A stretch of 64,000 nt of DNA from Actinomycetes bacterium (GCA_025354785.1 JANXME010000326.1:1506-65505); one strand, 5' to 3'; counted from the stretch's first letter, positions 18,396 to 27,857 are shown. Notes: generated from the sequence alone by a model not told the origin. Translations and numbers: made by a program.

Positions 18396-18573
18396 CAGTT
18401 GACTCGTCGAATATAAATGCGTGCGCAAATCCCAACACCAAACCTGCTACGATGCAAACTAAAAGTCCAGTAAAGCTGGTGAGATGACCATGCATTCTAC
18501 CGACTGTAACCAAAGTGGCTACCAACATGCTGCTTAAAATGATTGAGACAAGCTTCTTTGTGTAAGTATTCAT
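18385..18573 (-). CDS. small membrane protein
   Basis: MNTYTKK start; two TM helices (LVSIILSSMLVATLVTV, GLLVCIVAGLVLGFAHAFIF). Confidence 0.45.
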   Translation of the reverse strand: MNTYTKKLVSIILSSMLVATLVTVGRMHGHLTSFTGLLVCIVAGLVLGFAHAFIFDESTDEQ

Positions 18574-18574
18574 A

Positions 18575-19285
18575 TTAATATACTGGGAATGGGAATGGCG
18601 GGTCCATTTCGACTGCACTACGTATATCATCTACTAATCGCTGATATGTTTTGGGAGGCACATTATATCTCTTTTTAGAATATTTTACCAATCTATATAT
18701 TGATTCCATTGGAAATTGGTGTCGATGTATTATCAGATTATTTTTGAATAGATCAATAATAGACATTGGGTTCATGGTCAAAACACCATTATTCACCGCA
18801 AATTGTGTTACAGTGAAATCGAATGAATCGATTACATGTTCAACACTCTCGTACCACACCAATTTCACCAATTGAATAGGTAGCCGCGATTTGCCTGGGT
18901 GCTCAAAATTAACCAATCGTATGGCTGCAGATCGCGCCTTAATATCTTCGCGGGATATGTCGGGTTTATATCCCTTTAATGCCCAAGCATCATCTGCATC
19001 AGGTGGGTTGCAAAGCAATTCGTAAGTATCAATAAACGCTGCGCCTGACGTAAAGAATATATCGATATCTGTTGGTTTACGATTACGATCAATCAAAGAT
19101 GTGATAAAGCTGCCAGCCAGAACAGCGCCATCTGGCAAATATTTTGTCAAACTATCTAACTCTTTATTAAAGATATTTCGTGGTCCAGCCAGGTCTTTCA
19201 GTGCAACACTGTGATACATAGTGCTGGTTAAAGAATAATGCGCGGGACAGTTGTGTTTTAAATAATACGGATCAATAATGGTCAT
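18575..19285 (-). CDS. Pol-beta-superfamily nucleotidyltransferase-like protein
   Basis: hG[GS]x9-13DxD pattern LAGSFITSLIDRNRKPTDIDIFF, downstream acidic DSFDF; adjacent to RNA ligase. Confidence 0.45.
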   Translation of the reverse strand: MTIIDPYYLKHNCPAHYSLTSTMYHSVALKDLAGPRNIFNKELDSLTKYLPDGAVLAGSFITSLIDRNRKPTDIDIFFTSGAAFIDTYELLCNPPDADDAWALKGYKPDISREDIKARSAAIRLVNFEHPGKSRLPIQLVKLVWYESVEHVIDSFDFTVTQFAVNNGVLTMNPMSIIDLFKNNLIIHRHQFPMESIYRLVKYSKKRYNVPPKTYQRLVDDIRSAVEMDPPFPFPVY

Positions 19286-19295
19286 GGACCCTAGA

Positions 19296-20399
19296 TTACG
19301 CAGTATAATCGATATCTTGTAGTTCCAACATTGACATTAGACTCTTGATATTCATGTCTGCCAGATAAGCTTTAATGCTGGCGGCTCTCTTCGATCGGAC
19401 AGAAAACAAAGCTCCAGAGCATCGCGTCTTGACCGCCTCTAAGGCAAATGTCTTTTGGTCCGGAAAATCTTCGATCTGTAAATATGCAGTCTCAAGTTCA
19501 TGAATTAATTTCTTGAGCGCAGTGCCTACTTTTTCAAATTGAGGTGCCCACTCCGGAAAATAGGTTAGAAACTCTGGAACTTCTCCGGAACGCATAATCT
19601 CAACAATTCGACGCATCCCGAAACCATCTTTTAAATGATGGATGGCCACATATCCAGGGTGCTTCATTTTGTTGCGATTAAAATCACTATCCAGAACTAC
19701 ATATCCCTCTTGGGACATTGGGTCGATTGTGTCAAAAGACGATTCGATGGCGGCCACGCTGTTTAGCGCGAAAGCCCGGACCGCTGGGTATCCTGTTGCG
19801 ACGGCGCGCGGGCCATATACTGATAGCTCCTGTCCAGAAAATCTATCGCGGACGCCAATTAATTTTAATTGACAGTCCATGTGTCGCACCACAATTCGAT
19901 TGTAGGGAGTCATTAATTCAAACATATAATTAATGTCCACGTCTGAATGTGGGGGAACAGACAATTTTTGCTTCTGGAATGTATCCCAAAACAAACTTGC
20001 AAAAGTCATGTTTGGCAAGTCGTTTACATTACCGCCAGCATCTGGCGATCCGGAGGTTGCAACATTCCAAATCCCATTGTACCAATATAAAGTACACAAT
20101 GAGCCATCAAGCTTTTCTTGGACCATTGCGGTGTTCCAGTTGATCACTGAGGCATGCCCTTCGCCAAAATTGAAAAATTTATCGAATGGGCGACAGATAA
20201 CACGCCAATTATCGGATTCATCTAAGATGAGTCCACGACATTCACGAACCAATGGTTCGGCCATTGGAGAATCTATCTGATTATATTTGAACAGAAGCAG
20301 ATTGTCGAATTTAGGATGATGGCGTGCCACAATAGCATATTTCTCAGTCAGCTGGGCGGGCGTAGCCCCAGACATAAGCGCTTCTTGTATTTTGAGCAT
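19296..20399 (-). CDS. ATP-dependent RNA ligase, Rnl1-like
   Basis: Motif I EKLDGSL; FELMTPYNRIVV as in T4 Rnl1-type ligases; size 367 aa. Confidence 0.65.
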   Translation of the reverse strand: MLKIQEALMSGATPAQLTEKYAIVARHHPKFDNLLLFKYNQIDSPMAEPLVRECRGLILDESDNWRVICRPFDKFFNFGEGHASVINWNTAMVQEKLDGSLCTLYWYNGIWNVATSGSPDAGGNVNDLPNMTFASLFWDTFQKQKLSVPPHSDVDINYMFELMTPYNRIVVRHMDCQLKLIGVRDRFSGQELSVYGPRAVATGYPAVRAFALNSVAAIESSFDTIDPMSQEGYVVLDSDFNRNKMKHPGYVAIHHLKDGFGMRRIVEIMRSGEVPEFLTYFPEWAPQFEKVGTALKKLIHELETAYLQIEDFPDQKTFALEAVKTRCSGALFSVRSKRAASIKAYLADMNIKSLMSMLELQDIDYTA

Positions 20400-20404
20400 A
20401 TTTA

Positions 20405-20851
20405 CTATTCGCGATAATCGTTAAGTAGGTCTGCATCACTCATGAATCTAATTACATCTCTAACCAATTCATCATTCTGAGACACACTGCCGTCTACTCT
20501 TACTTTGTGCAAAAATCGTGCCAAAAGATCTTGCATTCTTACAAAATCATTGCGCGATGGAATTGCATTATCAACTCTTACAATGGTCGATATTTCATCG
20601 CGCAATTGGTGAACATTTATTGTGTCATTTATTGTATCCCAAACTAATATGCTTATCCTACGTGCAGATTCAAGCAGATTGATTTGGTCCGCTTCCATCT
20701 TTTTAAACTTGCCATAGATCGTCTCTGCTTCCATGAGAACAGACAGGACGTCGTCAGTCAGAAGACCGTCTTTTCGTAAACGTTCCTTAACATCGTCTAA
20801 ATTATTTAGCTTTAAGCTTGTGACAAGAAGCCCAGGCATTGAAGAGTCCAA
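20405..20851 (-). CDS. hypothetical protein
   Basis: 148-aa ORF; about 40-50 nt overlap with upstream ORF, start uncertain. Confidence 0.5.
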   Translation of the reverse strand: MDSSMPGLLVTSLKLNNLDDVKERLRKDGLLTDDVLSVLMEAETIYGKFKKMEADQINLLESARRISILVWDTINDTINVHQLRDEISTIVRVDNAIPSRNDFVRMQDLLARFLHKVRVDGSVSQNDELVRDVIRFMSDADLLNDYRE

Positions 20852-21029
20852 CGATTTGCTCCAGACCTTGTAGGTCGGAATGAGACAGACAATCTAGATG
20901 AGATCCGTTATCGTCTATAATATAGAAGCTTGAATCACTTCGTAAAATTAATGTAAAATGTCCAATCACTCCAATCACCAATCCTTCATTCTTGATTTTA
21001 TCAGCATCTAACGTTCTTTCTATTTCCAT
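20802..21029 (-). CDS. hypothetical protein
   Basis: 75-aa co-directional ORF. Confidence 0.4.
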   Translation of the reverse strand: MEIERTLDADKIKNEGLVIGVIGHFTLILRSDSSFYIIDDNGSHLDCLSHSDLQGLEQIVGLFNAWASCHKLKAK

Positions 21030-21063
21030 ATGCTAGATATTAGTATCGTTAACTATGTTGGGT

Positions 21064-22227
21064 CTATTGACACTCGTCAATCATGTTGTCGAGTTCGTTT
21101 TCCATTGCAGCAGCACTCATGTATATATCAAGAATCTTGCCGCCGGTTTGAGTGGCAGCTGCTTGATATGATAGCGCGACTCCGGCCTCTGTAAAGATAA
21201 ATACTTTCATGTTTGCATCAGATGCCTCAGTGGCTGCTTCGTCAATAGTGTGTGTAATCGGAGCATAGGATTGAGCGTACTCGTCTGAAAACATAATGAA
21301 GGTTCTCTTGGCGCCCGCCCGCCAATTCAAATGCAGATGGTTAACTGGATCAGCGGTCATATATATCGCATCAATAGTTGGCTCACTCCCAGTATCACCA
21401 GAGCGTTCATAGGCCATTCTTTGATTAAATACAGATACGGTCGTAAAATTTTGGACGAGTTTTACCTTATAGTCGTCAATTGTATCTGGCCCCGGACACT
21501 CCTCTAAGGCCCACGTGAGATCTGCGCGCCCCGCATATTTGGTGGTCCATTGCTGCGTAACTCCTTTAATCGTATTAATTACATTGCCCATTGACCCAGA
21601 ATTGTCTATGCAGATAACTATATCACGTGGATACAATGATGTTCCATTGTCTACGATTCCGTCACAATTATCATCAATATGATTGCACATTTCTGGCCTT
21701 GGAAGCACTTGTCCAATACATTTAGATGAGCCGTCCACGCATGATTTTATTCCAGCTTTGCAGTTGCCCTTGCCAAGTGTGTCAAGTGGAGCATCATAGC
21801 AAACTGCATCCGATATCGTTTTGTACACAATATTATCTATAATACCATCACAATCATTATCCAAGCCGTCACATACCTCTGGGCCACCTTCGTTGCCAAG
21901 ACATGACGATTGGACCCCACCTACACAAGTTTTAATGCCTGAACCACACGGGTTAACACATTGGGTGACTGGCTCATCTATAAATCCGTCACAATTATTG
22001 TCTAGTCCATTGCAGACCACTGGACCGGGTTTGCCTGATCCAAGACACACCGGATTTTGATCGTCATCGGCACAATCCCATTTGCCAAAAGCACAAACAC
22101 CCTTACCTGCCAGATTGTTTTCGCCATCGAAACATGGGGAGTCGCATTTTGGATTTGGCGCTTTAACCAAATGATACTTAGTGCACCCGGCAAACAGTGC
22201 TAGAACCACCAAAATACAAACTCTCAT
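21064..22227 (-). CDS. lipoprotein with Cys-rich DNDCDG repeats and C-terminal vWA domain
   Basis: Signal peptide with lipobox LFAG-C; repeats CNGLDNNCDGFID, CDGLDNDCDGIID, CNHIDDNCDGIVD; MIDAS CIDNSGSM. Confidence 0.7.
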   Translation of the reverse strand: MRVCILVVLALFAGCTKYHLVKAPNPKCDSPCFDGENNLAGKGVCAFGKWDCADDDQNPVCLGSGKPGPVVCNGLDNNCDGFIDEPVTQCVNPCGSGIKTCVGGVQSSCLGNEGGPEVCDGLDNDCDGIIDNIVYKTISDAVCYDAPLDTLGKGNCKAGIKSCVDGSSKCIGQVLPRPEMCNHIDDNCDGIVDNGTSLYPRDIVICIDNSGSMGNVINTIKGVTQQWTTKYAGRADLTWALEECPGPDTIDDYKVKLVQNFTTVSVFNQRMAYERSGDTGSEPTIDAIYMTADPVNHLHLNWRAGAKRTFIMFSDEYAQSYAPITHTIDEAATEASDANMKVFIFTEAGVALSYQAAATQTGGKILDIYMSAAAMENELDNMIDECQ

Positions 22228-22236
22228 ATCATCTCT

Positions 22237-22716
22237 TTACATATAAAATATAGCAGGTCGACTGTTTAGATGTTCACGAATTTTGCGAACCACTTTAAAA
22301 GGTATTCCCTCTTTATCCATTAGATCTTCCAGATCTGCGGTAGGAATAACTCCGAATCCAGCGGTATTAACACGGCCAATGATTATATATGGCGGATCAC
22401 CATATACTTTATAGTCCTCTATAGTGGTTGATGGCCATGCATAAATGTCAGTAAAATCTTCATTGGGACGTTTAAAATCGTGAATATGACATTCGTCAGC
22501 CATGCGATTTACAGTTTTTGAGCAGGGATACCAATCAGCCTTTTCTGGGTCTGGACGAAAAATTGTTAGATCAGGCAGCCTGGCGAATAAAATCTTGAAG
22601 GCGTCAATAACATTTTGATCTGCTCCACATGCAGATAATGTCTCAATACCTTTTTGGGCTGGCGTCAGAAAATGCTGGATCATGTGTCTATCCTCTCTTA
22701 AATGGTCTTCAGTCAT
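22237..22716 (-). CDS. hypothetical protein
   Basis: 159-aa co-directional ORF. Confidence 0.55.
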   Translation of the reverse strand: MTEDHLREDRHMIQHFLTPAQKGIETLSACGADQNVIDAFKILFARLPDLTIFRPDPEKADWYPCSKTVNRMADECHIHDFKRPNEDFTDIYAWPSTTIEDYKVYGDPPYIIIGRVNTAGFGVIPTADLEDLMDKEGIPFKVVRKIREHLNSRPAIFYM

Positions 22717-22719
22717 TTC

Positions 22720-23301
22720 TCACCTGGATATGTGTCCCATACGATTCTTGAGACGAGGGGCCTTATGTCTAACCTTTCTCTTAACATTTTCTTCTTCGTC
22801 TATTTCCTCATATTCTACTTTATGTTTACCAAAAACTCGACGATTTTTGGGTACGCTCGCATTGGATTTTTGCGGGCGCATTGATAATATATATTGCTTA
22901 AGTGTTAGATCCGCAAATCCGCCGGTATTTCGATACATCTTAAATGCGGCATGCACCCAATCTGGCAGCCACACGAGTGTGTCCGATATTCTACACAGAT
23001 CTCTGGCGCCACGCAAACTATCAATTAACATATCTATATCTGTGTCGCTAAGCATCGACGGAACAAAGCCTTCAGCATATAATTTGAGCGCTGACATTTG
23101 CCCCAATAACACATTCTTGTGGCGCCAATCAACATATTCATTTATATGACATGGGTCGTTAAATATCGCAATAGCTTCGTTGAGCATGCCTGTGGCAACG
23201 CGAACCAGCAAGTTGACACATCGCCCAGCTGGATTGTCGGCAGTGTCAATTTTTTGCAGACATTCGAGGGCTTCTCGGAGGGCTCTTAATTGGTCGTTCA
23301 C
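22720..23301 (-). CDS. hypothetical protein
   Basis: 193-aa ORF with basic C-terminus. Confidence 0.55.
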   Translation of the reverse strand: MNDQLRALREALECLQKIDTADNPAGRCVNLLVRVATGMLNEAIAIFNDPCHINEYVDWRHKNVLLGQMSALKLYAEGFVPSMLSDTDIDMLIDSLRGARDLCRISDTLVWLPDWVHAAFKMYRNTGGFADLTLKQYILSMRPQKSNASVPKNRRVFGKHKVEYEEIDEEENVKRKVRHKAPRLKNRMGHISR

Positions 23302-23732
23302 GGCTTAACAGGGGCTGTGCTGCGTTTTAGATCCCTATGAAAATTTTCTTTAAGGGTGGCTGCCAACGGCGCGCCAGAATCCCTCGCAACCGCTTCCCTG
23401 AATTCATTTCGCAACACCACTTTAACCACAAACTCTTTCACGGCGCGACTAAGAGCCAATGATCGACCACGGAGCAACATTGGCTGGTCAGTTGGATTGC
23501 GTTTAGACACGCCAACAGACATGGCCTTACCGTCACTGGCCTCATATAGCACAGCGACGGTAAAGTCATCTTGTTGGAAATACTGGACACCAAGACCCTC
23601 CAGAACGGTAGTCAAGATTGAATCGTGGTTATCTTCTCGGAGTACCTTCTTTTCCAAAAGACGTTTTAGGGTGCCAGTCACAACTTCAGTAAAATTCGGG
23701 GTGCTATTTTTAGCCATTGCGTATGCCTTCAT
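23298..23732 (-). CDS. hypothetical protein
   Basis: 144-aa ORF, 4-nt overlaps on both sides. Confidence 0.5.
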   Translation of the reverse strand: MKAYAMAKNSTPNFTEVVTGTLKRLLEKKVLREDNHDSILTTVLEGLGVQYFQQDDFTVAVLYEASDGKAMSVGVSKRNPTDQPMLLRGRSLALSRAVKEFVVKVVLRNEFREAVARDSGAPLAATLKENFHRDLKRSTAPVKP

Positions 23733-24202
23733 AAGTATGAGATGGTGTTAATCACGTGTTTAATACTCGGACCAATATACATGAAACCGACTGATAGTAT
23801 ATACCAAAACAAGGCGTAATCCAGTCTTATTAACCCCATTATGCTAAAACGATGTATCTCCTCACTTGTGTCAGATTTGGTGTACTTCCAGAAACATCGA
23901 CCATATATTTTTATCGACAACAAACCAAACAAAAATTCGATGACGAATATTGCAAGTGTCATCGGAATTGCCTTTAGAAAAATATTCCACGACAACGACC
24001 AATCAAGTAATTCAAGAAGTGTGCCACCAATTCCGTAAACAAAAAAGACTGGCAGATTGCTCTTGGTCGGCGCATCCCATCTGCCCTGTGATAGTGCTTT
24101 AAGTCCTGTGAACCAATGTTCTGTTAGAATGCCTAGTAGGCCCCAGGCAGCAAGCCGCTGGAGAGCTTGGTTAAAGAAATGAAGAGTAATCATGCTGCAC
24201 AC
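23729..24202 (-). CDS. integral membrane protein
   Basis: 157 aa with about 4 hydrophobic helices. Confidence 0.55.
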   Translation of the reverse strand: MCSMITLHFFNQALQRLAAWGLLGILTEHWFTGLKALSQGRWDAPTKSNLPVFFVYGIGGTLLELLDWSLSWNIFLKAIPMTLAIFVIEFLFGLLSIKIYGRCFWKYTKSDTSEEIHRFSIMGLIRLDYALFWYILSVGFMYIGPSIKHVINTISYL

Positions 24203-24231
24203 CCAAATATTTCTTGAATGATTTTGTCTAT

Positions 24232-25320
24232 TTACTCACCAGCAGTATGCCGAGTCAAGATTCTCCAACCTTTTACAGCTAAGAAACCTGCGCATCGTTG
24301 CAGATACTCACCATCTTCAATGGGTAGCTCAGTGGCTGTGCGTGCTAGTGCTTCGATAACGTCTGCCCGAGTATTTTTCCGAAACATATTGTCACCGATG
24401 CGCTTCAGAGTGTTTTCATTGAATTCGAATTCTTTCTTGAGCGCATCATGGAGATCTTCTGCAGAGTTGAAATGCCCCATGATAGTATCCTCATACGAAG
24501 CATCCAACATGTCGATGAATGGTTCGATAGCCTCGAATGTGGCATCAAGCTTTTGGGAGAGACGGTCGGCTGCATTGCCAATATGCCGAATCGCCACCTC
24601 AGACCGATTGGTCGGTACGATAATCGATGCATGGTATCCTACACTATGTACAATAGGATCTAGGCTAATACTGGAGGCTCCGGTTTCAGAATTGGAGAGT
24701 CGAACGGCCACCATCAAGGGTTCACCGTTTACCAGAGTGCGTTTCATGGTAGGCCAGATTACATCATATCGCGATTTAATATCTCCGCGAGCACTCCTCA
24801 TCTTTGCGCCGGCTGGCGCAATCTCCAAGAAATTCTTGAGCACAACCGGGTCATCAATCGGGACATAGGACTGGCTTACAACTGCCCGAAGGATGGCACA
24901 TCCGACCTCGCCGGCTCGGGTTCTCAATAGAGCATCATTCTTGGTGAGTGTCTTAACATCTGGGCCATATCGCTCGTTGTGCCAGAAATTGAAATTGACA
25001 GCCCGAAGATCAGGTGGACACACAGCTAGATATCCTGCCATACCGACCACACCTTCAGGTTTGATACGCATTACTGCCTGGGTAAGGGCATGGCGCGTAT
25101 ATTGGAATTGAAGGCCAACATTGTCGTGCGAATATGCTAACCCACCATCATCTTCCATGCTCAACTTGTCGAAATCGACCGGCAAATCGATATGATACTC
25201 TGACTTAACCATCTGATTAAGAATGTTTACGCCATCTGCAATATCTGGGAGTTTGAATACATCACCCAAAATAGTCTGAATATTGGATTCGCGCTGCGGC
25301 ACAAGGGCTACAAATTTCAT
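24232..25320 (-). CDS. hypothetical protein (possibly DUF932-like)
   Basis: 362-aa ORF with AGGAGG SD; RLSNSETGASS resembles the DUF932 core. Weak. Confidence 0.55.
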   Translation of the reverse strand: MKFVALVPQRESNIQTILGDVFKLPDIADGVNILNQMVKSEYHIDLPVDFDKLSMEDDGGLAYSHDNVGLQFQYTRHALTQAVMRIKPEGVVGMAGYLAVCPPDLRAVNFNFWHNERYGPDVKTLTKNDALLRTRAGEVGCAILRAVVSQSYVPIDDPVVLKNFLEIAPAGAKMRSARGDIKSRYDVIWPTMKRTLVNGEPLMVAVRLSNSETGASSISLDPIVHSVGYHASIIVPTNRSEVAIRHIGNAADRLSQKLDATFEAIEPFIDMLDASYEDTIMGHFNSAEDLHDALKKEFEFNENTLKRIGDNMFRKNTRADVIEALARTATELPIEDGEYLQRCAGFLAVKGWRILTRHTAGE

Positions 25321-25470
25321 AGACTGCCTCCTATTAGAAGAATTGCAATACCCATGCCAATATATCTATTGATGGGTAGCCTATCATCATTGTCGTACAC
25401 AACTTTTAGATAGTCTAGTTGTTACCATAGACATCTTAATTCGCATTATATTTTAGCGAGGATATATTTC

Positions 25471-26109
25471 ATGGCTAACATCTCAGTTCAAAATCTAACT
25501 ACCAGCATTCTTTCCACTGAGGTCGGATCTCTGCTTCCTGGCGAGACTAAGTCAGTGCCAATGGGTCCACTTCAGGCTTATAGAGCAGCTGATAGCCTGA
25601 AGGCTATGCAGGACGCTGGCAAGATACAGGTCACTGTGACCGAAGAGTCATCCAAATTGGATGCCATGGAACTTGGTCCGACAGTGGTTTCACAAATTGA
25701 CGTAACTATTCCTACCGCAGCGGTGTTAACTTTAAATGCAACACCAGTTCAAATTGTTCCTGCTCCAGGTGCCGGCTTTTGCGTTATTTTTGAAGGTGCC
25801 GTTCTTTCAATGAAATATAACTCAATCGCCTACAACGGTGTTGCTGCCGGCGAAGACCTAGTATTCAGCTACACCAACGGCGCTGGTGTTAAGGTTGCGT
25901 TGGTTGAATCAACCGGGTTTGTTGATCAAACCACCAATCAGATGCGATATGCACGTCCTTATGGTGCACTAATCACAACCGACTCTTCAATGATTCCGAC
26001 CGCTGGGGCCGCTCTAATGTTGAGCAACCTTTCAGGTGAGTGGGCGACTGGTAACTCCGATTTGAAGGTACGTTGCTTCTTCCGCATCGTTCCAGCCACT
26101 CTCGGATAA
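25471..26109 (+). CDS. hypothetical protein; only non-HNH plus-strand gene (A/G/T/V-rich, structural-like composition)
   Basis: 212-aa ORF, GAGGA SD 8 nt before ATG, 150-nt divergent AT-rich region upstream. Confidence 0.6.
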   Translation: MANISVQNLTTSILSTEVGSLLPGETKSVPMGPLQAYRAADSLKAMQDAGKIQVTVTEESSKLDAMELGPTVVSQIDVTIPTAAVLTLNATPVQIVPAPGAGFCVIFEGAVLSMKYNSIAYNGVAAGEDLVFSYTNGAGVKVALVESTGFVDQTTNQMRYARPYGALITTDSSMIPTAGAALMLSNLSGEWATGNSDLKVRCFFRIVPATLG

Positions 26110-26385
26110 TTAAACAGCTACAGTCTTGAAGGTAGTCCAACCCTCAAGGTTATCTTGAGGATCAAAAACCTGTACAAGTGTAGGTTTGGCGGCAATCCGT
26201 CGCAAACACACCTTGGCTTGGGTCAGCGAAATATCTGTAAATATTACCTTGTATGGATGTGGGTCATCTTTGGACCCTGCCAACCAATCGGACCAAGTTC
26301 CAATACTCTCCAACTGGTCTAGTGCAGCCTCTGCATCCTTCTGTGTATTGTAAAATGCGCGCACTACCAATGGTTGACTATGCAT
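26110..26385 (-). CDS. hypothetical protein
   Basis: 91-aa ORF, 1-nt overlap with deaminase stop. Confidence 0.5.
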   Translation of the reverse strand: MHSQPLVVRAFYNTQKDAEAALDQLESIGTWSDWLAGSKDDPHPYKVIFTDISLTQAKVCLRRIAAKPTLVQVFDPQDNLEGWTTFKTVAV

Positions 26386-26810
26386 TAATGCTTCCTCGGA
26401 TTTTTACTGATGAAGTGGTATTCCAGATACATTGGAGCATCGTTGTTAGAGGCCAGTTTGAGACTTTCAAGACTACCGTCGTTGTTGGAAAATATAATCT
26501 TCTTTATGCCCGCTTGGCTAAGCCTAGACATACAGAGATGACAAGGCTTAGCCATTCCCAGACTGCCATCTTTACGCACACGAATAACCAAGAGGGTGGT
26601 GCCTTCAACATCACTTCGCCAAGCTCGGTTGAGAACAGAATGCTCGGCATGTATGAATGAATGATTCCAACCAACTTTGATTATACTACCGCCACGGACG
26701 ATGGCAGCCGCAATTTTATGTTGTTTATGATCTGATTTACCAACATGCTTCAATAAAGTGCGTACATGTTTTGCAGGGTTTCCGTCAATTGTGTATGACA
26801 GGCCAATCAT
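26385..26810 (-). CDS. dCMP/cytidine deaminase family zinc enzyme
   Basis: HAEHSVLN and PCHLCMSRL zinc-binding motifs at the expected spacing. Confidence 0.85.
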   Translation of the reverse strand: MIGLSYTIDGNPAKHVRTLLKHVGKSDHKQHKIAAAIVRGGSIIKVGWNHSFIHAEHSVLNRAWRSDVEGTTLLVIRVRKDGSLGMAKPCHLCMSRLSQAGIKKIIFSNNDGSLESLKLASNNDAPMYLEYHFISKNPRKH

Positions 26811-26842
26811 GACTACCTCTCTGCGTTATACTATATATCTGT

Positions 26843-27199
26843 TTAATTCAGTTGGCTCTTATCCAGAGGTGGCACTTCATCCATCGACGGTTTGTGGAAT
26901 TCCTGAGCAGTCGTGAGAATATGCATACTGGCCCCCTGAAGGAGCATTGAAATAGTCTCTTTCAACAAGGCACCATCTACTGCGTTGATATATCGTCGAG
27001 CCGGTTCGTTGTTTGAAACGAACACAAGACGGTTTATCTTCAGTTTTGGTTGAGGATTCCCCGCTCTGTTAACCTCCACATCAAACCCAACCCCAATCTC
27101 AAACGACAATGAGTTATTTGGGTCAATAGTATCAACGAGACTAATTGCGTTGGCCGGCTGAGGCTTTTTCTTGAATAGTTTCTTAAAAAATTCGAACAT
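26843..27199 (-). CDS. hypothetical protein
   Basis: 118-aa co-directional ORF. Confidence 0.5.
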   Translation of the reverse strand: MFEFFKKLFKKKPQPANAISLVDTIDPNNSLSFEIGVGFDVEVNRAGNPQPKLKINRLVFVSNNEPARRYINAVDGALLKETISMLLQGASMHILTTAQEFHKPSMDEVPPLDKSQLN

Positions 27200-27256
27200 A
27201 GTTATTTGTGCCTTTGAACATTACCGTAATGTTTACATTTGTTACTATTAAGGTAT

Positions 27257-27514
27257 ATGGATCCTATACTCAAAAAATGTTGGCGATGTCCAGCTGACAA
27301 AGGTGGGCAACCGCCTGAAAACTTCTGTCGTGATGGTAAAGACTCGGTGTGTAAGTCATGTCGATATGAACTGAATGCTGAATGGGCTAAGAATAACCGT
27401 GAGAAGCTGCGTCCAAAGCGCGCCGAATACATGCGCCACTATCGCGCGCAAAAAGCAAAAGAACAAGCTGCAAAAGACGTGCCAGCGGCCCCCACTGAAG
27501 ATCCAGAAAAATAG
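27257..27514 (+). CDS. N-terminal Zn-ribbon module of HNH family B without the nuclease core (truncated remnant)
   Basis: CWRC..FC..SVCKSCRYELNAEW parallels CTGC..F..SKCKKCYSN of 57596..58051; no DH..N..CH core. Stop TAG touches the 3' end of the opposite-strand tRNA. ATG 27257 with AAGG SD. Confidence 0.5.
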   Translation: MDPILKKCWRCPADKGGQPPENFCRDGKDSVCKSCRYELNAEWAKNNREKLRPKRAEYMRHYRAQKAKEQAAKDVPAAPTEDPEK

Positions 27515-27595
27515 CTCCGTGAGGGAGTCGAACCCACGCGTTCTTACGAAGCCTGCTTACAAAGCAGGTGCACTCGGCCACTATGCGAACGGAGC
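27514..27595 (-). tRNA. type II (long variable arm) tRNA with apparent UGU (Thr) anticodon
   Basis: GCTCCGT TC GCA TAGTGGCCGAG TGC A CCTGC TTTGTAA GCAGG CTTCGTAAGAACGC GTGGG TTCGACT CCCTC ACGGAGC. 7-bp acceptor, 3-bp D stem, 14-nt variable arm, one U-U in the T stem. Confidence 0.6.
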
Positions 27596-27626
27596 ACGTA
27601 ATACTTACACCAGTCAACCAATCTAG

Positions 27627-27857
27627 TTATTTGCAATACTGATCGTAGATCCTTAGCTCGTCTGGGGTTAAGCTACATATCTCAGAACGCCGCATGCATA
27701 GGTCGATGAATCCACATTTAGCCTTTTGCACGCGATTGAGTTGTTCATATTGTGCCTTATATTCTTCCTGTTGCAAATGGGCCGCTAAGAACAGTAGGCC
27801 AAAGATCATGGCGTACATAATAATTATTAGTCTTTTTGCCAAGTTCATTGCACTCAC
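27627..27857 (-). CDS. small membrane protein
   Basis: 76 aa; N-terminal TM LIIIMYAMIFGLLFLAA. Confidence 0.45.
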   Translation of the reverse strand: MSAMNLAKRLIIIMYAMIFGLLFLAAHLQQEEYKAQYEQLNRVQKAKCGFIDLCMRRSEICSLTPDELRIYDQYCK

